Shown here: piece by piece, positions 1 to 64,000 of the stretch
Position numbering within the stretch: position 1 is the first letter of the stretch
Layout of the letters: each line of letters opens with the position of its first letter
Source of the DNA: Eledone cirrhosa
Taxonomy: Eukaryota
Assembly: GCA_964016885.1 (NCBI GenBank)
Contig: OZ024763.1
Coordinates: 13,516,001-13,580,000, forward strand
DNA length: 64,000 bases
Direction: 5' to 3'
Translations under genes and position numbers: made by a program
The notes under the pieces: generated by a model
Told to the model about the DNA's origin: nothing
Database searches by the model: none
Seen by the model: the letters and a program-made list of their open reading frames with translations, nothing else

Positions 1-145
1 ATACATATACACATATACATACGTATATACATATACACATATACATACGTATACACATATACATACGTATATACATATACACATATACATACGTATATAC
101 ATATACACATATACATACGTATATACATATACACATATACATACG

Positions 146-189
<44 letters not shown>

Positions 190-247
190 TGTATATATAT
201 ATATGGATATATATACCGATATATACTGATATATATGTATATATATA

Positions 248-308
<61 letters not shown>

Positions 309-353
309 ATATAAACTGATATATACTGATATATATATACTGATATATATATA

Positions 354-393
<40 letters not shown>

Positions 394-419
394 CATATAT
401 GTATATAAACTGATATATA

Positions 420-463
<44 letters not shown>

Positions 464-651
464 AATATATATATATAGTTTTTTTTGTGGAATAACAAAT
501 ACGACCAAGTTTAAATAATTACTCAATACATATTAATCAGGGAGAATCTGTAGCGGAATATACATACATACATGCATATATATATATATATATATGAATA
601 TACATACATACATGCATATATATATATATATGAATATACATACATACATGC

Positions 652-682
<31 letters not shown>

Positions 683-684
683 CA

Positions 685-742
<58 letters not shown>

Positions 743-1905
743 TATACATACATGCATATATATATATACATGCATATATATATATATATATACACACATG
801 TACTCATATGTATACAATATTAATATATAATAAATTGTTCATGGCAAGGGTTCATTATATCACACATTCCTGGAGGTTTTCTGTCCAAGGGCGGCAAGAT
901 GTGTATGTGTGTGTCTGTGTGTGTGTGTGTGTGTGTCTGTGTGTGTGTGTGTGTGTGTGAGATGTAGGGCGGCAAGATATGTATGTATATGTCTGTGTGT
1001 GTGTGTTTAAGTGTGTGTGTGTATATGTGTATGTGTGTGTGTGTATAATTGTTTGTGTGTGTTGCGTATGTATGTATGTGTATATTTGTTTGCGTGTGTC
1101 GGTTTAAACTGTGTATGTATTGTGTGTGTGTGTTGTGTTTGTGCTGGGTGTCTGTGTGTTTGTATGTGTGTAGAGTGTGTGTTGTGTGTAGGGTGTGTGT
1201 TGTGTAGAGTGCTGTGTGTGTTGTGTGTAGGGTGTGTGTTGTGTGGAGTGCTGTGTGTGTTGTGTGTAGGGTGTGTGTTGTGTGGAGTGCTGTGTGTGTG
1301 TGTTGTGTGGAGTGCTGTGTGTGTAGGGTGTGTGTTGTGTGGAGTGCTGTGTGTGTTATGTGTAGGGTGTGTGTTGTGTGGAGTGCTGTGTGTGTAGGGT
1401 GTGCGTTGTATGAACTGTGTGTGTATATGAGGTGTGTGTGTATGTGTAGTGCTGTATGTGTATATGAGGTGTGTGTGTATGTGTAGTGCTGTATGTGTAT
1501 ATGAGGTGTGTGTGTGTGTATGTGTAGTGATATGTGTATATGAGGTGTGTGTGTATGTGTAGTGATATGTGTATATGAGGTGTGTATGTGTAGTGACATG
1601 TGTATATGAGATGTGTGTGTGTATGTGTAGTGCTGTATGTGTATATGAGGTGTGTGTGTATGCGTAGTGATATGTGTATATGAGGTGTGTGTGTATGTGT
1701 AGTGATATGTGTATATGAGGTGTGTGTGTATGTGTAGTGATATGTGTATATGAGGTGTGTATGTGTAGTGACATGTGTATATGAGATGTGTGTGTGTATG
1801 TGTAGTGCTGTATGTGTATATGAGGTGTGTGTGTATGTGTAGTGATATGTGTATATGAGGTGTGTGTGTATGTGTAGTGCTGTATGTGTATGAGGTGTGT
1901 GTGTG
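1..1905. repeat. Compound (TA)n/(TACA)n/(TG)n microsatellites and TG-rich minisatellites immediately downstream of the stop codon
   Basis: Directly visible low-complexity tracts. Confidence 0.95.
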
Positions 1906-1912
1906 TCAGTAA

Positions 1913-53883
<51,971 letters not shown>

Positions 53884-54008
53884 AGTTATATTGGTGACCT
53901 CGCTGGCTATTTGTGTGTGTTTGTAGATAAATATATATGTCTGTATCAGTGTGTGTGTGTCTGGGAGAACGGGTGGTCACAATCTGAGTGTATATGTGCG
54001 TGAGTATG

Positions 54009-54039
<31 letters not shown>

Positions 54040-54957
54040 ATATTATATTATATTATATATATATGTCTGTGTCTGTATGTAATTAAAACAGTAAATGTGT
54101 GTGTGTGTGTGTAGATATATCTATGTACGTGTGCGTATGGGACTCAGTCTGTGTATATATGTGTATGTGTGCGTGTGTGTGTATATATATCTGTTTGTGG
54201 CTGTATGTAATTGAAAACCGTAAATATGTGTGTGTATATATCTATGTGTGTATGTATGTGTGAAGTGTTAAGCCTGGTAGTTTCCTCACCCGTAGTGGCT
54301 TGTTCAACTCCCCCCTAATTTCTCTGAGGCGATTAAAAACAAAATATGAGATAATTATAAAGAAAAACTAAAAAAAAATAAAGCCACAACTTAGGTTCTC
54401 ATAAACACATGATAATAACCCGGTGTAAGGCGAGAAAAGTAATGTTTGGATACGGCTGGCTATTAGACGGTGTAAGAGGAGAATAGTGAATTGGTAGAAA
54501 AAGTATGACTACTAGCAATGTTTACTTTATTATTTATTTTATGTTAGGCGGATTCTCTCACAGATAACAGTTCCTCTCTTTGTTTCCATCTCTCCCCCCT
54601 TTCTCTCTCTCACACATACACTCTCCATCTGTGTCTCTGTCTCTCTTTCTATCCGTGTCTCCATCCTTCTCTTTCTCTCTCTGTTTCCATCAATGTGTAT
54701 ATGGTGTGCGGGCGTGGGTGTGTCTCGCTCTCTCAAGAACACACTCAAACACACATTTGACAACAAACACATTCATATCAGAACTAATGAGGAAGATAGG
54801 CAGAGAGGTCTATTGAGGTAGGTAGATAGATAGATAGATTTATTGAGGAAGATAGAGAGAGAGAGATATCTATTGAGTGAGAGAAATATAGAGATATATT
54901 GAGTGAGTAGGATAGAGAGAAAGACTGAATGAGCGAAAGATAGAGAGATAGATCTAT

Positions 54958-55009
<52 letters not shown>

Positions 55010-55422
55010 ATTGAGTGGGAGATAGAGATATGAGTGGGAGAGAGAGATAGTGATGTATTGAGTGAGATACGGAATGAGAAACAAAGTGATAGATAGAGAG
55101 AGGGGGCGGGTGATTGAATGAACTCTGCTAATGATGGGTTTTCCACCGGTTTCGACGAAGAGCATGCAATCGTTCCAATAACTGAACGCCCGACTAATTA
55201 ATTGACCTCTGAGTGGTTGAATATTCCACAGTCACGTGTACCCTTAAAGGAATTCTGAAGACTAATCAGCTTGATACAGTGTATAACAAGGTTGGCCCTT
55301 TGAATTACAGGTACCGGCCATCTTATGCTGTGGTGTAAATGGCTGACTTTTCACAGACACGTGAACCCTTAAATTAATTTTCAAGTAAAATCTCCTTTAG
55401 TTTATTTTTGCTCTCTGTAGAG

Positions 55423-55732
55423 CAGCGGACGCCAACCTTTCGGACCTCACGGACCACTAAATTCATAAACTTAAATCCCGCGAACCACTAATATGAATTA
55501 ATGGTCAAAGGTCGAAACAATACTGAAGCGTACGTGTGTCATATTGTCGATAGATGATACAGATGTGTAAAATGCTTTCATGGATGTTAGTTCTTTACTG
55601 AGGAGAAACATTTTTTAATAGATTTATAAAATATATTTTAACCGAATATTATTTTAATTTTATTATTAATAAAGTATAAAAATTGCAAATAATGTTCACA
55701 TTTTTCTGCGGACCACCGGTTGGCGACCGCTG
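55423..55732. mobile_element. hAT-like MITE
   Basis: TIRs cagcggacgccaacc and ggttggcgaccgctg; imperfect TSD ctgtagag/ctgtggaa. Confidence 0.75.
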
Positions 55733-56739
55733 CTGTGGAACACTGGGCAATGGGAGATCTCCATAGGACATGGTCGCAAGCCCCGACGTGGGCGTGCTCC
55801 CAAACCAAACCAATGTCTACACAGACCTCAACCAGATCTTAGCGCGTCAGCATCGCATCTTCCTTCTGGCTTCCATTAAAAAAAGACCCTCTTTACTTGT
55901 CGCTTGGTTTGTATGCGTAACACGTGGCCAAGCTTCTTCTGTCGTCCTACGGTAATTTTATCCCTTAGATTACTCAGTCCAATCCTTTCAGTGACCTCAT
56001 AAAAATTTTTAATGAGAGGGGGTCACGCCAAGGTATTTTGAATATGGTCCTAAGGCAACGCCAATGGAAAAACCCTTGCATGTAAAACCGGCATGACACG
56101 ATATGTGACAAGACTGGACCGTCGTTTAAAAGATACACTGAATCCGAGGTTTCCCCTCTACCCAATTTCATTCAAAAAGCTTGGGGTCTACCAAAGACTA
56201 TGTTTAGACCCAAAGCCTAGATTATGATGCTCACGCAGTGGAATCGAATCCAGGAGAGATGATGAATGCGAAGCGAGGTTATTAAACCACCCAGCCACGC
56301 TTGCGCCGACACTCTTTTAATAATTGTTTCTATTTTGGGCTCAAGACCAACAATTATTCCAGTACGTTACTGGTACTTTATTTTATCGACTCCGAATGGA
56401 TGAAGGGCAAAGTTAACCTCGGCGAGATTTAAACTCAGACCGTAAAGGGGCGTAACTCTATGCTGCAAAGCATGGCGTCCGACCCTCTACCGATACTACC
56501 AGGCATAACGATGACAATTTGAATTTTCGTCTCAGCGTTATCGGAGTTTAAAGTTGATTGTAGAATAATAGGAAAATAATTGAAACTCCTGTGGAACAGT
56601 TTAGCAAGAGAATTTCCATTGTAAACATATCCTGCTTCAAGTGAGTCTTCGTTTTCTTATTCTTCTTCGTTTTCTTATTCTTCTTCGTTGTCGTCGTCTA
56701 TTGTAACAACAGCCTTATATCCTACCATCATACGCGGGG

Positions 56740-57815
56740 GTCGTCTTTAACAACAATACAGGCCTCCCAATGACAGCATTACTCCCTCACACACAGGGGC
56801 CACCTTTAAAAACAATATAGGCCTCCCAATAACAGAATTACATCCTCACACAGCCTCCATATTTAACAACAATATAAACCTCCCAATGACAGCATTACAC
56901 CCTCAGAAACAGGGGCTGCCTTTAACAACAATAAAGGCCTCTCAATGACAGCATTACACGCTCAGAAACAGGGGCTGCCTTTAATAACAACAAAGGCTTC
57001 TCAATGACAGCATTACATCCTCACACATAGCGGTCATCTTTAACAACATTATAGATCTCCCAACGATAGCATTACACCCTCACAAACGGGCCGCCATTAA
57101 TAACAATAATTGTTTCTACTTTAGGCACAAGGCCAGCAATTACCCAGTGCATTACTGGTACTTTATTTTATCGACCCCGTAAGGATGAAAGGCAAAGTCA
57201 ACCTCGGCGGGATTTGAACTCAGATTGTAAAGGGACGTAACTATGCTGGAAAGCATGGCGTCCGACCCTCTACTGATACTGCCAATCCACAGACCTGCCA
57301 ATAAGAGAATTACCCTTTCACACGTAGCAGCCACCTTTAACAACAATATAAACCTCCAAATAATACCATTACACCCTTGTTCGTTGGGGCTATCTTTGAC
57401 AACAATATAAGCTTCCCAATGGCAGTTGGTAGTATTGGTAAAGGGTCGGACATGCTTTCCAGCATAGTTACGTCCCTTTACGATCTGAGTTAAAATCCTT
57501 TAACTTTGCCTTTCATCCTTACGGGGTCGATAAAATAAAGTACCAGTAATGTACTGCGTAATTGCTGGCCTTGTGCCAAAAAGTAGAAACAATTATACCC
57601 TTACTTGTAGGGGCTACCTTTAACAACAATGTAGGCCTCCCAATGACAGGATTACACCCTCACACGTATGGGTCGTCTTTAACAACAACATAGACCTCCC
57701 AATGACAGGATTACACCCTCACACGTATGGGTCGTCTTTAACAACAATATAGACCTCCCAAAAGCAGAATTACACCCTCCTCTCATCTACAAGGTCCATC
57801 TTTAACAGCATTATA
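56740..57815. repeat. Diverged tandem array, about 59-bp unit (tttaacaacaatataggcctcccaatgacagcattacaccctc), interrupted by two SINEs
   Basis: Directly visible. Confidence 0.8.
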
Positions 57816-58024
57816 AGCCCCCTTAGTGAAAACAATGCTCTAGGGCCCCTACAATTAAACCGCAGCCCCAGGTTTTCTGCGCAGTCTCTAACTTATACTA
57901 TAAAGAGGCCTTATCTTCTTTTTTTCAATGTGACATTAAGGGTTAAAGCAGTGATTCCCAACATGGGGTGCAATTTGAAAATGATGTTAATGAGAACAAA
58001 CTTCAAGTTTTACCTTAATACGTT

Positions 58025-58490
58025 TACACCAAGGCAACTTCGGTACACATTACTGTCAGAAACTCCTGTCTCACCTCTCCCACATGTTATTGTGTATCTG
58101 GCACCACCTATACGGCACACATTACTTTCAGAAACTCCTGTCTCACTTCTCCCACATGTTATTGTACATCTGGCACCCCCTTCACCAAGGCAACTTTGGT
58201 AGACATTACTGTCAGAAACTCCTGTCTCACCTCTCCCACATGTTATTGTACATCTGGCACCCCCTTCACCAAGACAACTTTGGTAGCCATTACTGTCAGA
58301 AACTCCTGTCTCACCTCCACACATGTTATTGTACATCTGGCACCCTCTATACGGTACACATTACTGTCAGAAACTCCTGTCTCACCTCCACACATGTTAT
58401 TGTACATCTGGCACTACCTATACGGTACACATTACTGTCAGAAACTCCTGTCTCACCTCCTCCACACATGTTATTGTACATCTGGCACCA
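58025..58490. repeat. About 63-80-bp tandem array (cattactgtcagaaactcctgtctcacctc...tctggcac)
   Basis: About 7 units. Confidence 0.85.
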
Positions 58491-58807
58491 GATCTATCTA
58501 GTTCTCCCTAATATGTGTGTTTGTATTGTGAAGGAAGGAGTGTGGCTTGGCATTCTATAACGATATATATGTTTATATGTATACAGTGAAATTCTGTTAA
58601 AACGAAATTCACGGGGTCTAAAAAAAATTTGTTGTAACGAATAATTCTTTATAATGAGATCAACCTAAACAAATCAAGTGTTTGTTTTTACCTCAGGGAT
58701 TGAAAAAAATTTCGTTATACTGAAAAACCAATGTTCTAACCTCTGAACTATGGATGCTTAGAGTTTGATCACCCCACCCCCATGACATTTTGGCACATGA
58801 CGTAGAG

Positions 58808-59870
58808 CAGGGGTGTGCAACATATTCTATTGGCAGGCCATTTTTGAACATTGGAGAAACTATTAGGGCCAGTCACTGTCAAAAATATGTAATCTAATGA
58901 AAACCAGTGAATTGAGTCATAAATACATTGTGAATACATTTTTAACCCTTTAGCATTTAAACCAGCCATATCCGGCCAGAATTCTCTCTCCTTTTTCTGT
59001 TCAAACCAGCTGTAACTGGCCACTCATACTGATGTTAAGGTATTGTTCTCAAAATACATAATATCAAAATCTCATAGATTCGGTATTATGTGAGATCATT
59101 ACGGTCTGAGTTCAAATCCCGCCAAAGTTAACTTTGCCTTTCATCCTTACGGGGTTGATAAAATAAAGTACCAGTAATACACTGGGTAATTGCTGGCCTT
59201 GTGCCAAAAGTAGAAGCAATTATGTGAGGTAAAGTCTTCACTGTGAAAATACAATAGTAAATATAGAGTAATCATCATCATCATCACCGTTTTACGTCCG
59301 TTCTTCCACGCTAGCATGGATTAGACGAGTTGTCCTGTTGTGGGTAGTGTCTGGTCGGCTGACCATGCCTTGCTCATACAGGAACTGATTTGGCTTGATT
59401 TCTACAGCTGGATGCCCTTCCTAACACCAACCTCATTTACAGTGAGTGCTGAGTGCTTTTTCCGTGGCACCTACACGTCCACTTTACAGTGTCGGCTGGG
59501 TACTTTTTTGCCGTGGCACCTCCACGACCACCTTGCGGTGGGGTGTGTGGGGGCATATTGTCTATATGCTTCAGCTTGTACCCATGGGAGGTCGGGTACT
59601 CTGTATTACTGCGTGACGCCAGAAGTCACGGTCATGTAAATGCTAAAGGGTTAATAAACAATAAAGACAAATAAAATATAATTTAGTTTTATTAATGAGG
59701 CTTGGTATTTGGTATAGGTCGACTAACAGAAAATTGTATTACGGTTATGGAAAAAATTCTAAATAAGCCTACAAGGTAAAAATTAAAAATAGTCATTGTG
59801 GGCCACTCTGACTGGTCTGGTGGGCCACAATCCGAATTGTGGCCTGTGGGCCACCTGTTGCACACCCCTG
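58808..59870. mobile_element. Nested elements: hAT-like element containing a piggyBac-like element (58946-59650), which contains two SINEs
   Basis: Outer TIRs caggggtgtgcaaca and tgttgcacacccctg; inner TTAA|ccctttagcattta...taaatgctaaaggg|TTAA; SINEs at 59100-59222 and 59272-59630. Confidence 0.75.
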
Positions 59871-60084
59871 GTTTAGAGAGTTGGATTCATAATCAAGAGG
59901 TTGTGAGTTCGGTTCCTGGGCTGGGTGATGCGTTGTGTCCTTGAGCAAGATTCTTTATTTCACGTCGTCCAAGTTCATTCTAACCTTAACCAACCCTAAC
60001 CCCAACACACTCTAACCATAATGAACCCTAACCATAGGCAACCCATCCTCGACCACTCTCCACACCTGTTGCTCTATCTATCTC

Positions 60085-61810
60085 TCAATCTCTCCCCCCA
60101 CCTCTCTCTCTCAACGTCACATACACTCTCTCTCTTAATCTCTCTCTGTCTCTCTCCCCCTCTCTCTCTCTCTCTCTCTCAACCTCACTCTCACACTCTC
60201 TCTCAGCCTCACACACTCTCTCTCTCTCTACCTCACACACACTCTCTCTCAACCTCACACACACTCTCTCTCTCTACCTCACACTCTCTCTCTCACTCAA
60301 CCTCACACTCCCTCTCTCTCTCAACCTCACTCTCACACTCTCTCTCAACCTCACACACTCTCTCTCAACCTCACACACACTCTCTCTCTCTACCTCACAC
60401 TCTCTTCTCTCACTCAACCTCACACTCCCTCTCTCTCTCAACCTCACTCTCACACTCTCTCTCTCAACCTCACTCACTCTCTCTCTCTCCCTCTCAACCT
60501 CACACACATACTCTCTCTCACTCTCTCTCAACCTCACTCCCTCTCTCACTCAACCTCACTCTCTCTCTCCCTCTCAACCTCACACTCTCTCTCTTTCTAC
60601 CAATTATTTTAGAATTAATATTTCACCACCACCAGTTTTGTAACCATAGAAACAAGACACTCTTCAGACAACCAATGGTTGGTCTGAAGAATGGTTACTG
60701 ATGTTGTTGTTGTTGTTCTTCTTGCCATCTTGATCATTGCCACCATCATTATCACCACCACCACCACCATCACCATCACTATCACCACCACCACCATCAT
60801 CATCAACACCATCATCACCACCACCACCATTATCACCACCACCACCATTATCACCACCACCACCACCATCATCACCACCACCACCACCACCACCATCATC
60901 ACCACCACCACCATTATCACCACCACCACCATTATCACCACCACCACCATTATCACCATCATCATCATCACCCCCACCACCACCACCATTATCACCACCA
61001 CCATCATCACCACCACCACCACCACCATTATCACCACCACCACCATTATCACCACCACCACTCCCATCACCACCACCACCACCACCATTATCACCACCAC
61101 CACCATCATCACCCCCACCACTCCCATCATCACCACCACCACCACCACCACCACCACCACCACCACCACCATCACCATCATCATAATCCTCAGAAAGTGA
61201 AGAACAGTTAAACCATATAAAACCATTTAGGGGTTCATGATAACAAGTGACTTTCAGCCCTTTAACATTCATCATTTCTGTATCCAATTATTTCTATATA
61301 TTTATTTTCCTGACATCAAAGCCCCATATCATATGTAATATATAATATGCAATATCATATGTAATATCATATGTAATATATAATATGCAATATCATATGT
61401 AATATCATATGTAATATATAATATGTAATAGCATATGTAATATATAATATGTAATATCATATGTAATATATAATATGTAATATCATATGTAATATATAAT
61501 ATGTAATATCATATGTAATATATAATATGTAATATCATATGTAATATCATATGTAATATCATATGTAATATATAATATGTAATAGCATATGTAATATATA
61601 ATATGTAATAGCATATGTAATATATAATATGTAATAGCATATGTAATATATAATATGTAATATCATATGTAATATATAATATGTAATATCATATGTAATA
61701 TATAATATGTAATATCATATGTAATATATAATATGTAATATCATATGTAATATATAATATGTAATATCATATGTAATATATAATATGTAATATCATATGT
61801 AATATATATG
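60085..61810. repeat. CT/CA-rich, (ACC/ATC)n and (atatgtaatatc/atata) simple-repeat blocks
   Basis: Directly visible. Confidence 0.9.
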
Positions 61811-62305
61811 GGAAATTAGACAGTAAAAGTCGCATTGATAGACACATTTTTCAAAAGCAGGCGGGTGCTATAGAAGTGGTGGATAGCTTCCGGTACCTAG
61901 ATCAGATTAGCATGGGAGAGGGTGTTTCGAGGCCATAGTATCTAGAATAAGGACAGGTTGGAAGAAGTTTAGGGAGCTGCTTCCTCTGCTCACAAAGAAG
62001 GGTTTCTCCCTGCATATGAAAGGCTGGTTATATGATGCCTGTGTGAGGAGCGCCATGTTGCATGGTAGTGAGACATGGGCAGCAACTGCAGAAGATATGC
62101 AACGGCTGGAGAGAAATGAGGCAAGCATGCCCCGTTGGATGTGCAATGTCAATGTGCGTAAATGACCCAGCATGGATGTGTTGAGAGAGAAACTGTGTCT
62201 GAGAGGGATAGAATGTAGTGTGCGAGAGAGGAGACTGAGGTGGTATGGACATGTGATGCGCATGGAGGATGACCGATGGGTGAAGAAGTGCCAGGAAATG
62301 CCAGT
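61810..62305 (+). mobile_element. RTE-type LINE fragment (same family as 14275-15082)
   Basis: Homologous sequence encoding AMLHGSETW and LRWYGHVMRM. Confidence 0.82.
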
Positions 62306-62574
62306 TTTGTGCCAAAAGTAGAAACAATTATTAGTAAATCTTTCCAAATTCTTGATAACTTTCAAAAATATTTAAAACCATAGACAATGTCTTTCATTAG
62401 AAATATTGTGTGAAAGGTATTAACTTTAATGTTTATTTCATTGTGTAAATGTAGTTGGTAAGATGTATAAAGATGATAGAATGGAATGGTATAATCCAGT
62501 GGAACAGGAACATTTCTCAAGTAGATTTGAATATGATGATGATGATGAAGCCAAGAAAAGTCAGGTAGGAAATA

Positions 62575-63385
62575 GTCCTTGCTCTCCCCTTTAGTCCTTG
62601 CTCTCCCCTATAGTCCTTACCCTTTCCCTATAGCCCTTACCCTTTCTCTATAGTCCTTACCCTTTCCCTATAGTCCTTACCCTTTCCCTATAGTCCTTAC
62701 CCTTTCCCTATAGTCCTTACCCTTTCCCTATAGTCCTTACCCTTTCTCTATAGTCCTTACCCTTTCCCTATAGTCCTTACCCTTTCCCTATAGTCCTTAC
62801 CCTTTCCCTATAGTCCTTACCCTTTCCCTATAGTCCTTACCCTTTCCCTATAGTCCTTACCCTTTCCCTATAGTCCTTACCCTTTCTCTATAGTCCTTAC
62901 CCTTTCCCTATAGTCCTTACCCTTTCTCTATAGTCCTTACCCTTTCCCTATAGCCCTTACCCTTTCCCTATAGTCCTTACCCTTTCTCTATAGTCCTTGC
63001 TCTCCCCTATAGTCCTTACCCTTTCCCTATCGTCCTTGCTCTTCCCCTATAGTCCTTGCTCTCCCCTATAGCCCTTACCCTTTCTCTATAGTCCTTGCTC
63101 TCCCCTATAGCCCTTACCCTTTCTCTATAGTCCTTGCTCTCCCCTATAGTCCTTACCCTTTCCCTATCGTCCTTGCTCTTCCCCTATAGTCCTTACCCTT
63201 TCCCTATCGTCCTTGCTCTTCCCCTATAGTCCTTGCTCTCCCCTATAGTCCTTACCCTTTCCCTATAGTCCTTATCCTTTCCCTATAGTCCTTACCCTTT
63301 CCCTATAGTCCTTGCACCTCCCCTATAGTCCTTGCTCTCCCCTATAGTCCTTACCCTTTCCCTATAGTCCTTGCACCTCCCCTGT
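62575..63385. repeat. 20-bp minisatellite (tagtccttaccctttcccta)
   Basis: About 40 tandem units. Confidence 0.95.
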
Positions 63386-64000
63386 GACCATGCTGGGGCA
63401 CCACATTCTTGTATTCTTTTACTGGTTTCCATCATTAGACTGTGGCCATCCTGGGGCACTACATGTACTTATTCTTTTACTGATGGTGGCGGCTGTAGTG
63501 GTGTTGTTGTTGTTGTTGTTGTTGGTAGAGGTGGTAGTGGCGTTAGTGTTGTTGATGGTGATGGTGGTGTTAGTGGTTGTGGTGGCAGTAGTGGTGTTGG
63601 TGCTGTTGTTGTAGATGGTGGCGGTATTGTTGTTGGTGTTGTATTAATGTTGGTAGTGGTGTTGGTGATGTTGATAGTGGTGGTATTGGTGGTGGTGGCG
63701 GTGATGGTGTTGGTGGTGGTGGTATTGCTGTTGGTGTTGTTATTGTTGGTAGCGGTGTTGCTGTTATTGATGGTGGTGGTGGTGGTAGTGGTATTGGTGG
63801 TGGTGGTAGTGATGGCTGTAGTTTTGTTGGTGATGTTGATGGTGGTGGTGGTGTTGGTGTTGTTGCTGGTGGTGTTGGTGGTAGTGATGGTGGTGGTGGT
63901 GGTGGTGGCGGTAATGGTGTTGTTATTGTTGGTAGTGGTGTTGGTGTTGTTGGTGTTGGTGGTAGTGATGGCCGTAGTTTTGTTAGTGATGTTGATGGTG

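Noticed and set aside
53884-54540. Promoter or 5' UTR of the GLUT gene
   Set aside because: No supportable core-promoter motif is visible, and upstream non-coding exons cannot be excluded.
60615-61287. Gly/Asp-rich and Pro-rich ORFs
   Set aside because: They are translations of an (ACC/ATC)n repeat, with no splice or homology support.

Overview
This is an AT-rich, microsatellite-dense animal genomic window. Its repeat families (tRNA-derived SINEs, RTE-type LINE fragments) suggest an octopus or other coleoid cephalopod, which is an inference. One protein-coding gene occupies most of it: a facilitative hexose transporter (GLUT/SLC2A family) on the minus strand. I assembled it by eye as 12 GT-AG exons (53883 to 1913; 1632 nt, 543 aa plus stop) with consistent phases. 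Nearly all long ORFs in the supplied track are translations of simple repeats. The introns hold SINEs, RTE and RLE-type LINE fragments, mariner/hAT/piggyBac-like non-autonomous elements, a Helitron and large minisatellites. Two patterns stand out. (1) Several unrelated short elements sit mostly in (TA)n tracts and carry minimal type-I hammerhead-ribozyme cores and/or fold-back inverted ends, as in Penelope-like pLTRs or retrozymes. (2) Three exons (4, 6, 8) have their splice acceptor plus exon start tandemly amplified into upstream arrays of decoy acceptors, many in frame. The transporter also ends in a CaaX-like CVLL.
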